DNA of 64,000 nt from Felis catus (Eukaryota), in assembly GCF_018350175.1 (NCBI RefSeq), contig NC_058368.1, forward strand, positions 84,446,001 through 84,510,000, read 5' to 3'. The position numbers and the translations under genes were made by a program. Below, piece by piece: positions 12,971 through 24,780 of this stretch (position 1 is the stretch's first letter; the number at the start of each line of letters is the position of its first letter). The notes beneath the pieces are model-generated. The model was not told the origin of the DNA, did no database searches, and saw nothing but the letters and a program-made list of their open reading frames with translations.

Positions 12971-15900
12971 ATGACTCTAAACCCGTATCTTTCTACAATA
13001 ACACTGGATGTAAATGGATTAAATGCACCAACCAAAACACATAGGGTATCAGAATGGATAAAAAAACAAGACCCATCTATTTGCTGTCCACAAGAGACAT
13101 GTTTTAGATCTGAGGACACCTTTACATTGAGAACTATTTATCATGCTACTGGAAGCCAAAAGAAAGCTGGAGTAGCCATATTTATATCAGACTAACTAGA
13201 CTTTAAATTAAAGGCTGTAACAAGAGATGAAGAAGGGCATTATATAATAATTACAGGGTCTATCCACCAGGAAGAGCTAACAATTATAAATTATGCACCG
13301 AATACCGGAGCCCCCAAATATATAAAACAATTACTCATAAACATAAGCAACCTTATTGATAAGAATGTGGTAATTGCAGGGGACTTTAACACTCCACTTA
13401 CATAAATGGATAGATCATCTAGACACATGGTCAATAAAGAAACAAGGGCCCTGAATGAGACATTGGATCAGATGGACTTGACAGATATATTTAGAACTCT
13501 GCATCCCAAAGCAACAGAATATACTTTCTTCTCGAGTGCACATGGAACATTCTCCAAGATAGATCATATACTGGGTCACAAAACAGCCCTTCATAAGTAT
13601 ACAAGAATTGAAATTATATCATGCATACTTTCAGACCACACTGCTATGAAACTTGAAATCAACCACAGGAAAAATTCTGGAAAACCTCCAAAAGCATGGA
13701 GGTTAAAGAACACCCTACTAAAGAATGAGTGCATCAACCAGGCAATTAGAGAAGAGATTAAAAAATATATGGAAACAAACGAAAATGAAAATACAACAAT
13801 CCAAACGCTTTGGGATGCCGCGAAGGCAGTCCTGAGAGGAAAATACATTGCAATCCAGGCCTATCTCAAGAAACAAGAAAAATCCCAAATACAAATCTAA
13901 CAGCACACCTAAAGGAAATAGAAGCAGAACAGCAAAGGCAGCCTAAACCCAGCAGAAGAAGAGAAATAAGAAAGATCAGAGCAGAAATAAACAATATAGA
14001 ATCTAAAAAAACTGTAGAGCAGATCAATGAAACCAAGAGTTGGTTTTTTGAAAAAATAAACAAAATTGACAAACCTCTAGCCAGGCTTCTCAAAAAGAAA
14101 AGGGAGATGACCCAAATAGATAAAATCATGAATTAAAATGGAATTATTACAACCAATCCCTCAGAGATACAAACAATTATCAGGGAATACTATGAAAAAT
14201 TATATGCCAACAAATTGGACAACCTGGAAGAAATGGACAAATTCCTAAACACCCATACTCTTCCAAAACTCAATCAGGAGGAAATAGGAAGCTTGAACAG
14301 ACCCATAACCAGTGAAGAAACTGAATCAGTTATCAAAAATCTCCCAACAAATAAGAGTCCAGGACCAGACGGCTTCCCAGGGGAGTTCTACCAGATGTTT
14401 AAAGCAGAGATAATACCTATCCTTCTCAAGCTATTCCAAGAAATAGAAAGGGAAGGAAAACTTCCAGACTCATTCTATGAAGCCAGTATTACTTTGATTC
14501 CTAAACCAGACAGAGATCCAGTAAAAAAAGAGAACTACAGGCCAATATCCCTGATAAATATGGATGCAAAAATTCTCAATAAGATACTAGCAAATCGAAT
14601 TCAACAGCATATAAAAAGAATTATTCACCATGATCAAGTGGGATTCATTCCTGGGATGCAGGGCTGGTTCAACATTCGCAAATCAATCAACGTGATACAT
14701 CACATTAATAAAAGAAAAGGTAAGAACCATATGGTCCTGTGAATCGATGCAGAAAAGGCCTTTGACAAAATCCAGCACCCTTTCTTAATAAAAACCCTTG
14801 AGAAAGTCGGGATAGAAGGAGGATACTTAAACATCATAAAAGCCATTTATGAAAAGCCTACAGCTAACATCATCCTCAATGGGGAAAAACTGAGAGCTTT
14901 TTCCCTGAGATCAGGAACACGACAAGGATGCCCACTCTCACCGCTGTTGTTTAACATAGTGTTGGAAGTTCTAGCACCAGCAATCAGACAACAAAAGGAA
15001 ATCAAAGGCATCAAAATTGGCAAAGATGAAGTCAAGCTTTCGCTTTTTGCAGATGACATGATATTATACATGGAAAATCTGATAGACTCCACCCAAAGTC
15101 TGCTAGAACTGATGCATGAATTCAGCAAAGTTGCAGGATACAAAATCAATGTTCAGAAATCAGTTGCATTCTTATACACTAACAATGAAGCAACAGAAAG
15201 ACAAAGAAACTGATCCCATTCACAATTGCACCAAGAAGCATAAAATACCTAGGGATAAATCTAACCAAAGATGTATAAGATCTGTATGCTGAAAACTATA
15301 GAAAGCTTAAGAAGGAAATTGAAGAAGATATAAAGAAATGGAAAGACATTCCCTGCTCATGCATTGGAAGAATAAATATTGTCAAAATGTCAATACTACC
15401 CAAAGCTATCGACACATTCAATGCAATCCCAATCAAAATTGCACCAGCATTCTTATCGAAACTAGAACAAGCAATTCTAAAATTCATATGGAACCACAAA
15501 AGGCCCCAAATAGCCAAAGTAATCTTGAAGAAGAAGACCAAAGCAGGAGGCATCACAATCCCAGACTTTAGCCTCTACTACAAAGCTGTCATCATCAAGA
15601 CAGCATGGTATTGGCACAAAAACAGACACATAGACCAATGGAATAGAATAGAAACCCCAGAACTAGACCCACAAACATATGGCCAAGTAATCTTTGACAA
15701 AGCAGGAAAGAACATCCAATGGAAAAAAGACAGTCTCTTCAACAAATGGTGCTGGGAGAACTGGACAGCAACATGCAGAAGGTTGAAACTAGACCCCTTT
15801 CTCACACCATTCACAAAAATAAACTCAAAATGGATAAAGGACCTAAATGTGAGACAGGAAACCATCAAAACCCTAGAGGAGAAAGCAGGAAAAAACCTCT

Positions 15901-16772
15901 CTGACCTCAGCCGTAGCAATCTCTTACTCGACACATCCCCAAAGGCAAGGGAATTAAAAGCAAAAATGAATTACTGGGACCTTATGAAGATAAAAAGCTT
16001 CTGCACAGCAAAGGAAACAACCAACAAAACTAAAAGGCAACCAATGGAATAGGAAAAGATATTTGCAAATGACATATTGGACAGAGGGCTAGTATCCAAA
16101 ATCTATAAAGAGCTCACCAAACTCCACACCCGAAAAACAAATAACCCAGTGAAGAAATGGGCAGAAAACATGAATAGACACTTCTCTAAAGAAGACATCC
16201 GGATGGCCAACAGGCACATGAAAAGTTGCTCAACGTTGCTCCTCATCAGGGAAATACAAATCAAAACCACACTCAGATATCACCTCATGCCAGTCAGAGT
16301 GGCCAAAATGAACAAATCAGGAGACTATAGATGCTGGCGAGGATGTGGAGAAATGGGAACCCTCTTGCACTGTTGTTGGGAATGCAAATTGGTGCAGCCA
16401 CTCTGGAAAGCAGTGTGGAGGTTCCTCAGAAAATTAAAAATAGACCTACCCTATGACCCAGCAATAGCACTGCTACGAATTTATCCAAGGGATACAGGAG
16501 TACTGATGCATAGGGGCACTTGTACCCCAATGTTTATAGCAGCACTCTCAACAATAGCCAAATTATGGAAAGAGCCTAAATGTCCATCAACTGATGAATG
16601 GATAAAGAAATTGTGGTTTATATACACAATGGAGTACTATGTGGCAATGAGAAAGAATGAAATATGGCCCTTTGTAGCAACGTGGATGGAACTGGAGAGT
16701 GTGATGCTAAGTGAAATAAGCCATACAGAGAAAGACAGATACCATATAGTTTCACTCTTATGTGGATCCTGA
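12971..16772 (+). pseudogene. L1 ORF2p (endonuclease, reverse transcriptase, Cys domain), disrupted
   Basis: Motifs FSKIDHILG/SDH (EN), [23 protein letters not shown] (RT) and HCCWECKL. Broken into many track ORFs by stops (e.g. 14134, 14740, 16050) and frameshifts. Confidence 0.94.
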
Positions 16773-18536
16773 GAAACTTAACAGAAACCCATGGAGGAGG
16801 GGAAGGAAAAAAAAAAAAGAGGTTAGTGAGGGAGAGAGCCAAAGCATAAGAGACTCTTAAAAACTGAGAACAAACTGAGGGTTGATGGGGGGTGGGAGGG
16901 AGGGGAGGGTGGGTGATGGGTATTGAGGAGGGCACCTTCTGGGATGAGCACTGGGTGTTGTATGGAAACCAATTTGACAATAAATTTCACATACTGAAAA
17001 AATAAAAATAAAAATAAATAAATAAACATTGGGGTGCACGTGTCCCTTCGAAATAGCATACCTGTATCCCTTGCATAAATGTCTAGTAGTGAAATTTCTG
17101 GGTCATAGAGTAGTTCTATTTTTAGTTTTGTGAGGAATCTCCATACTATTGTCCAGAGTGGCTGCACCAGCTTGCATTCCCACCAACAATGCAAGAGATC
17201 CTCTTTCTCTGCATCCTCTCCAACATCTGTTGTTGCCTGAGTTGTTAACATTAGCCATTCTGACAGGGGCAAGGTGGTATCTCATTGTAGTTTTGATTTT
17301 TATTTCCCTGATGATGAGTGAAGTTCAGCATTTTTTCATGTGTTGGTTGGCCATCTGGATGTCTTCTTTGGAGAAGTGTCTATTCGTGTCTTTTGCCCAT
17401 TTCTTCACTGGTTTATTTGTTTTTAGGGTGTTGAGGTTGATAAGTTCTTTATAGATTTTTGATACCAACCTTTTATCTGATATGTGGTTTGCAAATATCT
17501 TCTCCCATTCTGTCGGTTGCCTTTTAGTTTTGCTGATTGTTTCCTTTGCTGTGCAGAAGCTTTTTATTTTGATGAGGTCCCAGTAGTTGATTTTTGCTTT
17601 TGTTTCCCTTGCCTCCATAGACGTGTTGAGTAAGAAGTTGCTGCGGCCAAGATCCAAGAGGTTTTTGCCTGCTTTCCCCTTGAGGATTTTGATGGCTTTC
17701 TGTCTTACATTGAGGTCTTTCATCCATTTTGAGTTTATTTTTGTGTATGGTATAAGAAAGTGGTTCAGGTTCATTCTTGTGCATGTCACTGTCCAGTTTT
17801 CCCAGCACCACTTGGTGAAGAGAATGTCTTTATTCCATTGGATATTCCTTCTTGCTTTGTCAAAGATTAGTTGGCCGTACGTTTGTGGGTCCATTTCTGT
17901 GTTCTCTATTCTGTTCTACTGATCTGAGTGTCTGTTTTTGTGCCAGTACATACTGTCTTGATGATTACAGTCTGTGGTATAGCTTGAAGTCCAGGATTGT
18001 GATGCGTCCTGCTTTGGTTTTCTTTTTCAAGATTGCTTTGGCTATTCAGGGTCTTTTCTGGTTCCATAAAAATTTTAGGATTGTTTGTTCTAGCGCTGTG
18101 AAGAATGCTCATGTTATTTTGATAGGTATTACACTCAATATGTAGATTGCTTTTGGTAGTATTGACATTTTAAAAATATTTGTTCTTCCAATCCAGGAGC
18201 ATGGAATATTTTTCCATTTTTTTGTGTCTTCTTTAATTTCTTTCTTAAGCTTTCTATAGTTTTCAGTGTATAGATTTTTTCACCTTTTTGGTTAGATTTA
18301 TTCCTAGGTGTTTTATGGTTTTTGGTGTAATTGTCAATGGGATCGATTCCGTGATTTCTCTTTGCATAGGAATGCAACCAATTTCTGTGTGTTGATTTTA
18401 TATCCTGCAACTTTGCTGAATTCATGAATCAGTTGTAGCAGTTTTTTTTGTGGAATCTTTTGGGTTTTACATATAGAGTATCCTGTTGTCTTCAAAGAGT
18501 GAACTTTGACCTCCTCCTGGCTGACTTCATTTCTTT

Positions 18537-18960
18537 GACTCTCCTTATTCACTCAGCTTGTCATGCTGTTCCTCAAACTTGCTAAGCATGCTTTCACTCC
18601 AGGGCTTTTGAACATGCCATTCTTTTTGCCTAAATTATTTTTCCTATTGAATTCTGAATGGTTTGTTCTTCATATCTCTTGGCTTTTCACTCAGATATAG
18701 TTTTCACAGTGAGGTCTTCCCTGACCACACTATGTAAAACTGGATTTGCTATTCCCTTTCCCACTTTATTTTTTTCCATAGCAGTCTCTAACATATATTT
18801 TACTTGTTTGTTTATTGTTTTTCTCACTGGAATGTAAGTACCATGAAGAAAAGGTGTGGTTTTTTTTTTTCCTCACTGTTTTAACTACAGTGCTTAGAGG
18901 AGAAGAATGAGTGTCACAGAGTGCTATTCATTAGACATTTGTTGAATGAAGGAACAAATG
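18537..18960 (+). mobile_element. Ancient L2 LINE, 3' end
   Basis: gctgttcctcaaac...gaggtcttccctgaccac...catttgttgaatgaa, a typical L2a terminus. Confidence 0.7.
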
Positions 18961-20461
18961 ACACACAGGTTCTGGGGAGTAAAGTAATCTGAGAAACACT
19001 ACCTTTACATTACCTAAAATAGCACCCCACCCTTATAGCGATCATTCTTTATCCTCTTGCTAAATAAAGCAATACCACAAAAATGTGTTAAATAAACCAC
19101 ATTTTGACACATTACATACTACTTGTTTCTTGAGTGCCTCCTCTATTAGAAAGTGAGTCCATGAGAACAAGCACATTTTGTTCTCTGTTGTATCTGGTGT
19201 CCATGGCCTCACTGCATATAAGTGAAATGAACAATGACAAACTTGAGTGTAACATTGGCTGAGGATGTCACAAATTGTCATAACTTATATTTCTTATGTA
19301 TATATTTCTTATATATAACTTATATTTTGTAACACACTTTACAATGTTAAATAACAAAAATTCAACCAAGTAAATTTTAGAGACCTGTTTAGCTTTATAA
19401 ATTTATTCATGGATCAGGCAGCTCCACATATAGCAAGTAGATGTGATGCCCAAAAAGCTATAGAAAAAGTTTTTAAAAGTAGAAAAAAGAAAATTATTAG
19501 CAAAGAATTTATTGTTGTAGGCAAGGTTGCCCTCCTGAGGGGAACAGAGAGTGTCTATCATTAAATTTCCTAAAACTGACTAACAAATCTCCCTGGTGAC
19601 TGGTTAAAGGCTACATATCTGAGGGAGTTGAAACTGTATTCAAGTCCTCCAAGCATGCATTGTATATTTGCTTTGTAAATGAGTATTCTAAAGGAAAACT
19701 ATCTTGTCTTTAAAGACAATGCTTCTTATCCCTGCATTCCTTGATGTTACTACTTGTGATTCCTGCCTATATGTTAGTCTATAATATTTGAGTTCTTACA
19801 AGATGTAAAAAGTATATAACCCTGTAAAAACATCATTTTCCAGAGCACTCCCTTCTTTGGGAAGATGGTGTTTCTTGGGCAGCTGTCTCAACTCTGGTTC
19901 AAATGAAACTTTCTTTTAGAGATTCTAAAAGGTTTGTTCATTTTGCAACTCACTTTCCTCTTCTGCCCTATTTGGGGGCCCCCAATCTGATGGTTACCAA
20001 GCCAAATTCCTCAGGACACAAGACATGCTTAGTAAGATTTTGTTGTTTTTGCTAAGTATCTGCAACTTTCAGGACTATAGTTCTTGGACATAAAATAAAT
20101 TGGTATGCTGGAAGGTGTCATGCTTGAATCTAGAACTTAAGGATCCATTAGCTAAGCCTTTGGGTTTCTCAGACTTGAACTACTACCTAAAAGGGATGTG
20201 CCACTGGATGGAGGATTGTGCATGTTTTACAATATATCTTGTTGCATGGAGATTTTCTTGCAGTTGGCGGGCAAACTAGTGTAAACCTAATTCATTCCAT
20301 GACCAACTTATCCTAACATAAGAGTCTTCTTGAAGTAGCAAATGATCTAATAGACTTTCAGTCCTAAACTCACACCCCCCAATTTTGCAGCTTTTTGGTC
20401 TCGGAAATGCCCGTTAGCAATAGCCCTTATCTACATAAAACAAGATGAACATCTGCACCTT

Positions 20462-20678
20462 TTTAATCTTTTTTTAACCTTTATTTATTTTTGAGACAGA
20501 GAGAGACAGAGCATGAACAGGGGAGGGTCAGAGAGAGAGGGAGACATAGAATCTGAAACAGGCTCCAGGCTCTGAGCTGTCAGCACAGAGCCCAACGTGG
20601 GGCTCGAACCCACAGACCGGAAGACCATGACCTGAGCTGAAGACAGACGCTTAACTGACTGAGCCACCCAGGCGCCCC
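20462..20678 (-). mobile_element. Can-SINE
   Basis: Reverse complement of the SINE head ends ...cacccaggcgcccc; tgcacctt on both flanks. Confidence 0.92.
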
Positions 20679-21309
20679 ACGTGTGCACCTTAATGTATTG
20701 ACAGTAACCACAAAATGTTAGTGCCTCCTGGTCACAAGAATGCCTTGTGTGCACACTATCACCAATTCCCATGGAAACTGTTGAGGTTTTCTACCCAGGC
20801 AATTGTGGTCTGAAAGGTCAGAGTTTGGCCCTGGGAACATCCTCTGCCAGCTCAGTTGGGCACCAGACAAACATGGCAGATCGACTGGATTCCATATTTA
20901 TGGAAGCTCAGTTGCCTCTGGGAATATCTCCTGGCAGCTCAAGTTGATGTGCCTTGTAAAAGAATGCCAATTAGATTTGAAAGTTTGAATGCAGAAAGTG
21001 TGGAAGTCAGAACTGAGAAGAACTTACTTATAGCCCTTGGAAATGTGAGAAGGACAGAGACTTCAAAGGATTCATGGAGAGCATGCTTATTTATTTATTT
21101 ATTTATTTTTTTGCATTGTCCCTGAATGTTGCCAAAAGTTTGCTTCGAATGACACTGCTGATACCAAATCTGTTAAATAACAAGAACTCAACAGAATAAA
21201 TTTAAAAATCTAATTGGCTTTATATATTGATTCATGAATCACACAGCATCCTGTCTGGAAAGTAGAGGGGAGTTCCAAAGGTCTACAGAAAAGGGAAGAA
21301 AAATTAAAC

Positions 21310-21496
21310 GTTTTTTTAATTTATTTTTGAGAGAGAGAGAAAGCATGCATGAGTGGGGTAGGGGCGGGGGGTGGGGGCAGAAGATCCAAGGTGGGCTCTG
21401 CGCTGATGTGGGCTTGAGGTCAGGAACTGAACTAAACCATGAGATCATAACCTGAGCTGAAGTCAGATGCTAACCAACTGAGCCACCCAGGCACCC
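21310..21496 (-). mobile_element. Can-SINE inserted in LTR
   Basis: Degenerate SINE body with T tail and head ...ccacccaggcaccc. Confidence 0.85.
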
Positions 21497-21960
21497 TGGG
21501 AAAGGTTTTTAAAGATAGAAAGGAATTGACAAAAAGGAAATTATTGTCCATGAACCCATTGTTTTAGACAAGGTTGTCCTCCTAAGGGGTACTGACGGGG
21601 TCTCTCAGTAAATTTCCTAGTGCTGACCAGGAAATCTCCATGTTGACTGATTAAAGTTTACATTTCTGCAGAGTTGAAATTGCAGTTAGGTTAGGTAATA
21701 ATTGTTGGTTTACTGACTTCAGGCCTTAACTTAAGTGACACCATTTTGATTTTATTTTTACAAACAGTGACAAAACCAACCAAACAAAAAATATCTTCTG
21801 GAGAATTGCCAGGGTAGACAAGCAAATGCAAAACCTTTGCTACTTGACTCTCTTGGATGTTTAACATAGGTTGTTCCCAAGAATATTTGTGTTTAGACAG
21901 AGCCTTTGAGGCCAAGTCACCCTTTTCTGTGAAGTACGCTGTCCCATGTATCTCATAAAG

Positions 21961-23182
21961 CAGTAATTCTCAAGCTGTGAAGGTACAGGTGGGTTGGAGT
22001 AGAGGAAGAATTTTGCCTCCTTGGTGTTAAAAAGGAAACCACAGGCTCAAAATGTGTCACTTACATTGTGTTCCTACATTGGGGATTAATACCAATCTAA
22101 TTGCAGATTTGGGGTGCCTGGATGACTTCGTCAGTAGAGCATGCAACTCTTGATCTCAGGGTTATGAGTTTGAGCCCCACATTGGGTGCGGAGATTTCTT
22201 AAAGAAAGAAAATAGGGGCACCTGGGTGGCTCAGTTAGTTGAGCGTCCAACTTCAGCTCGGGTCATGCATGGTCTTGCAGTTCTGAGTTCGAGCCCTGCA
22301 TCGAGCACCGCATCAGGCTCTGGGCTAACAAACAGCTCAGAACCTGGAGCCTGCTTCAGATTCTGTATCTCTCTCTCTCTCTCTCTCCCTCCCCCTCCCC
22401 TGGTCATGCTCTGCCTCCGTCTCTCAAAAATAAATAAATGTTAAAAAATTTTAAAAAAGAAAAAAGAAAATAAATTGTAAACAAAAAAAATTTAAAAATT
22501 GCAATTTCAACCTCCCCCAGAAATGTAGTGTTTGTTTACTGGTAAGTCAGGAATTTTTTTGATCAGTGCCAGTTTTCCATAATAGGCCCTCTCCATCCCC
22601 CAAAGGCAGATGAGGTCAATTCCACAATAAAATCCCTTGCCTTTACCCACAAGGAAAGTGGTCTTTCTAGGAACAATCCTTTTCCTTTGCTAGTAATTTT
22701 CTTGCCCCACCTTTCTTCTATAAAAAACTTCAATTTTGTAATAACTCCTCAGAACTTTCCTCCATTTGCTAGAGGGAATGCTCCCCAATTTGTGAATGAT
22801 TTAATAAAACAACTTAGATCTTTAAATTTAGTCAAATGAATTTTTTATTTAACAATGAGCATACTGGAGACATTTTTAGTGGTCATAACTGGAGGGGCAA
22901 GGGTGTGGTGTGCTACTGGCACCTAACAGGTAGAGGCCAGGGATGTTCAAATATCCTATAATCAGAATTTTCAGATTTAGCAAATAAAAATACATGTAGG
23001 GTAGTGTCTCTAAATAAAATACAGGACTCTCAGTTAAATTTGAATCTTAAATTAACACTGTTGTTTAGTTGAAAATCAAATTTAACTGGTCACCTTGTAT
23101 TTTATGGTGACTCTACCCATAAAGCACAGGACAGAAGAATTATACAGGCCAAAATGTCCAGAATGGAGGTTGAGAAAACTTG
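21961..23182. mobile_element. MER20-like hAT DNA transposon split by the LTR and by a MER53-like palindromic MITE (~22963-23116)
   Basis: cagt..ttctcaa start; ctggagacattttt..tggtcataactgg...tgctactggca...gtagaggccagggatg; gaggttgagaaa end. MITE cagatttagcaaataaaaataca...cagttaaatttgaat with inverted aaatcaaatttaactgg. Confidence 0.6.
22025..22854 (+). mobile_element. Solo LTR related to the 19345-21762 family, opposite orientation, holding two SINEs (22111-22214 short tRNA-like; 22215-22460)
   Basis: Starts tgttaaaaag...caaaatgtgtcactta, AATAAA at 22803, ends ttttttatttaaca (reverse complement of the 21171 end). Confidence 0.65.
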
Positions 23183-23190
23183 TCACAGAC

Positions 23191-23928
23191 CAGTGGTTTT
23201 CAAAACCTACTTTGTATCAGGATCACCTCAAGGGATGTTGGGCCTGCCCTCAGTTTCTGATTCAGTAGGTTTGGGGTGGAACTCCAGGATTTGCTTTTTT
23301 ACTAAGTTTCCAGATGAAGCAGCTATTGGTCTGGAAAACTGTTACCCAAAACTAAGTTCACCTCTTGGTGGATGTGGAGCCAAAATACACAACGAACCCA
23401 AAGAATAGGAAGAGTAAGAGTTTTACTTGCAACAGGTAAAGGGTGGTCTTTCCCAAGAGAGTCTCCTTGAACAACAAAATTGGGTAAATTTTAAGCTAAG
23501 GGAGCATGCATACTCCTGAAAGGCTTGCACAATGGGGAAGACAACAAGGAATTAGGGTAAAAGTCATCTTAAGTTGACTGTCTCCAGGTTGAACTCACAA
23601 GGTCCAACCAGGTGAACATTATTGGTTCAATGGCTCCAGAAGGTCTTGTACCTGAGTGCTCAAAGTGGTTTAGATTCTGTAAAGTTAACTCAAGTATGTG
23701 TGTCAGGTCAGTCTTCACTTTTGAGTCAGCACTGGGAGTTTTAGCACTGATTATATTGTCCCTTACGTGACTAGGGTATCTTCTGGCTTGATAGCGGCTA
23801 TTTGCTTTTAAATTCTTTCACAAGATGGTCAGGGTCTTAAAATGACTTTTCTTATGTAGAGAAAGCGAAGTTTGTACTTTTCCAGAGGCCCCCCTAACTC
23901 ATTCTGTTTACAGAACCACCATCCTAGA
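23191..23928. mobile_element. MER5A-like hAT element interrupted by an LTR-like element (~23340-23912)
   Basis: cagtggttttcaaa...gtttctgattcagtaggt.tggggtgg...; the terminus agaaccac...ctag resumes near 23912. The insert has TGT...ACA termini. Confidence 0.55.
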
Positions 23929-23999
23929 TAGAAAAAAGCCTCCTGCTTTTGTGACCAGGGGCGAGAAAAGTGCCGAGACTAGCACGGGAGAGGGCAGTG

Positions 24000-24780
24000 T
24001 GAGCGGAGCAATCAGGAGATTCTGCGAACACTTGTGCAGCTCAGACCGGCTCGCGGAGGTACTTCCAAGGTCCCTCTAGGCTCTGCGGAGGCCCTGGCCT
24101 CTCTGTGGTTGCTAGGGTCGGGGCGTGGTCGGGGGCGTGGTCGGGGGCGTGACTGGGGCGGGACACAGAAGGCAAGCCCAGGCGCTCAGAGCGCTCTGGT
24201 GCCGGACGTTGCGCGGCCGCGACGCCCGAGGCGGGCGCGGCCCGCCGCTTTGGGGTTCTCTGCCACGCGCTGTGTCCAGCGCAGCTCAGCGAGACTTCAG
24301 CCCGCACGGCGCGCAGGTAGGCGTCGGCCCGCTCGCGTTGCGGACCGCCCAGGTTTGGGTTCGGGAGCGGTGGGGCCTGGCGTTGCGTTTTCTCAACGGC
24401 ATCCCAGGCTTTGGCCCTCAGCGCCGCTCGCGGATAGTGGTTACGAGGGACTGGTATGGGGACAATGGGCTTCTGGGCTCCTAAGGCCGAACAGCGGCAC
24501 TCCCGCTGTAGGGCGGGAGGCGGGCTGAGGGCGGTGCGGACTCAGCCGAGAGAACCTAGAACCTTTGGGCTGGGCGGGAATGCGCTGAAGCAGGATGTAC
24601 GGGAGTTGAGTGGTCGCCACCTGTGGGCGGAGTCCCGGCTGCGGAGAGACCTGGTAGGGGGCGAGGCTCGGGCCGCGCTCCCTCAGGGGAGGGAGCATCC
24701 TCAGGGAGGGGTGACCCTGAGCGGGGACTTGCTGGGTGCTTCTGCCGGCCTCTGCGATCGCGGAGTGCCTTTTGTTTTCC
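24000..24780 (+). promoter_or_regulatory. PGBD2: CpG island, probable PGBD2 promoter and non-coding exon 1
   Basis: Only non-repeat CpG-dense GC-rich segment in the window. GC boxes at 24116-24162. Candidate donor CAG|GTAGGC after 24316, alternative CAG|GTTTGG after 24352. The transcription start cannot be fixed from sequence. Confidence 0.8.
24116..24162 (+). promoter_or_regulatory. Tandem SP/KLF GC boxes
   Basis: Three repeats of GGTCGGGG(G)CGT containing GGGGCGTG, followed by GGGGCGGG. Confidence 0.7.

Larger units (their letters stand above)
11106..17021 (+). mobile_element. Full-length but inactivated young LINE-1 (L1_Fc-like)
   Basis: CpG-rich 5'UTR with YY1 motif AAGATGGCGGC (11118-11128), ORF1 12031-12920, ORF2 12971-16772, G-rich 3'UTR and A-rich tail. 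Perfect 16-bp TSD ataaacattggggtgc at 11090-11105 and 17022-17037. Confidence 0.96.
10603..18520 (-). mobile_element. 5'-truncated LINE-1 (~2 kb: 10603-11105 and 17022-18520) split by a younger L1
   Basis: Minus-strand ORF2 C-terminal peptides (17325-17894, 16823-17272, 10820-11029). TSD ctgacttcatttcttt at 10587-10602 and 18521-18536. Confidence 0.9.
19345..21762 (-). mobile_element. Internally deleted endogenous retrovirus (two LTRs, PBS, short internal region)
   Basis: Homologous LTR ends tgttaaataacaa at 19345 and 21171. 5' LTR 21171-21762 has TG...CA termini. tRNA-Leu-like PBS at 21149-21166; possible PPT at 19948-19963. SINEs inserted at 20462-20678 and 21310-21496. Confidence 0.65.

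Noticed and set aside
11106..17021. Retrotransposition-competent L1
   Set aside because: ORF1 is frameshifted and ORF2 carries several stops, frameshifts and small deletions.
22111..22200. tRNA gene
   Set aside because: tRNA-derived SINE head with degenerate stems followed by an A-rich tail.
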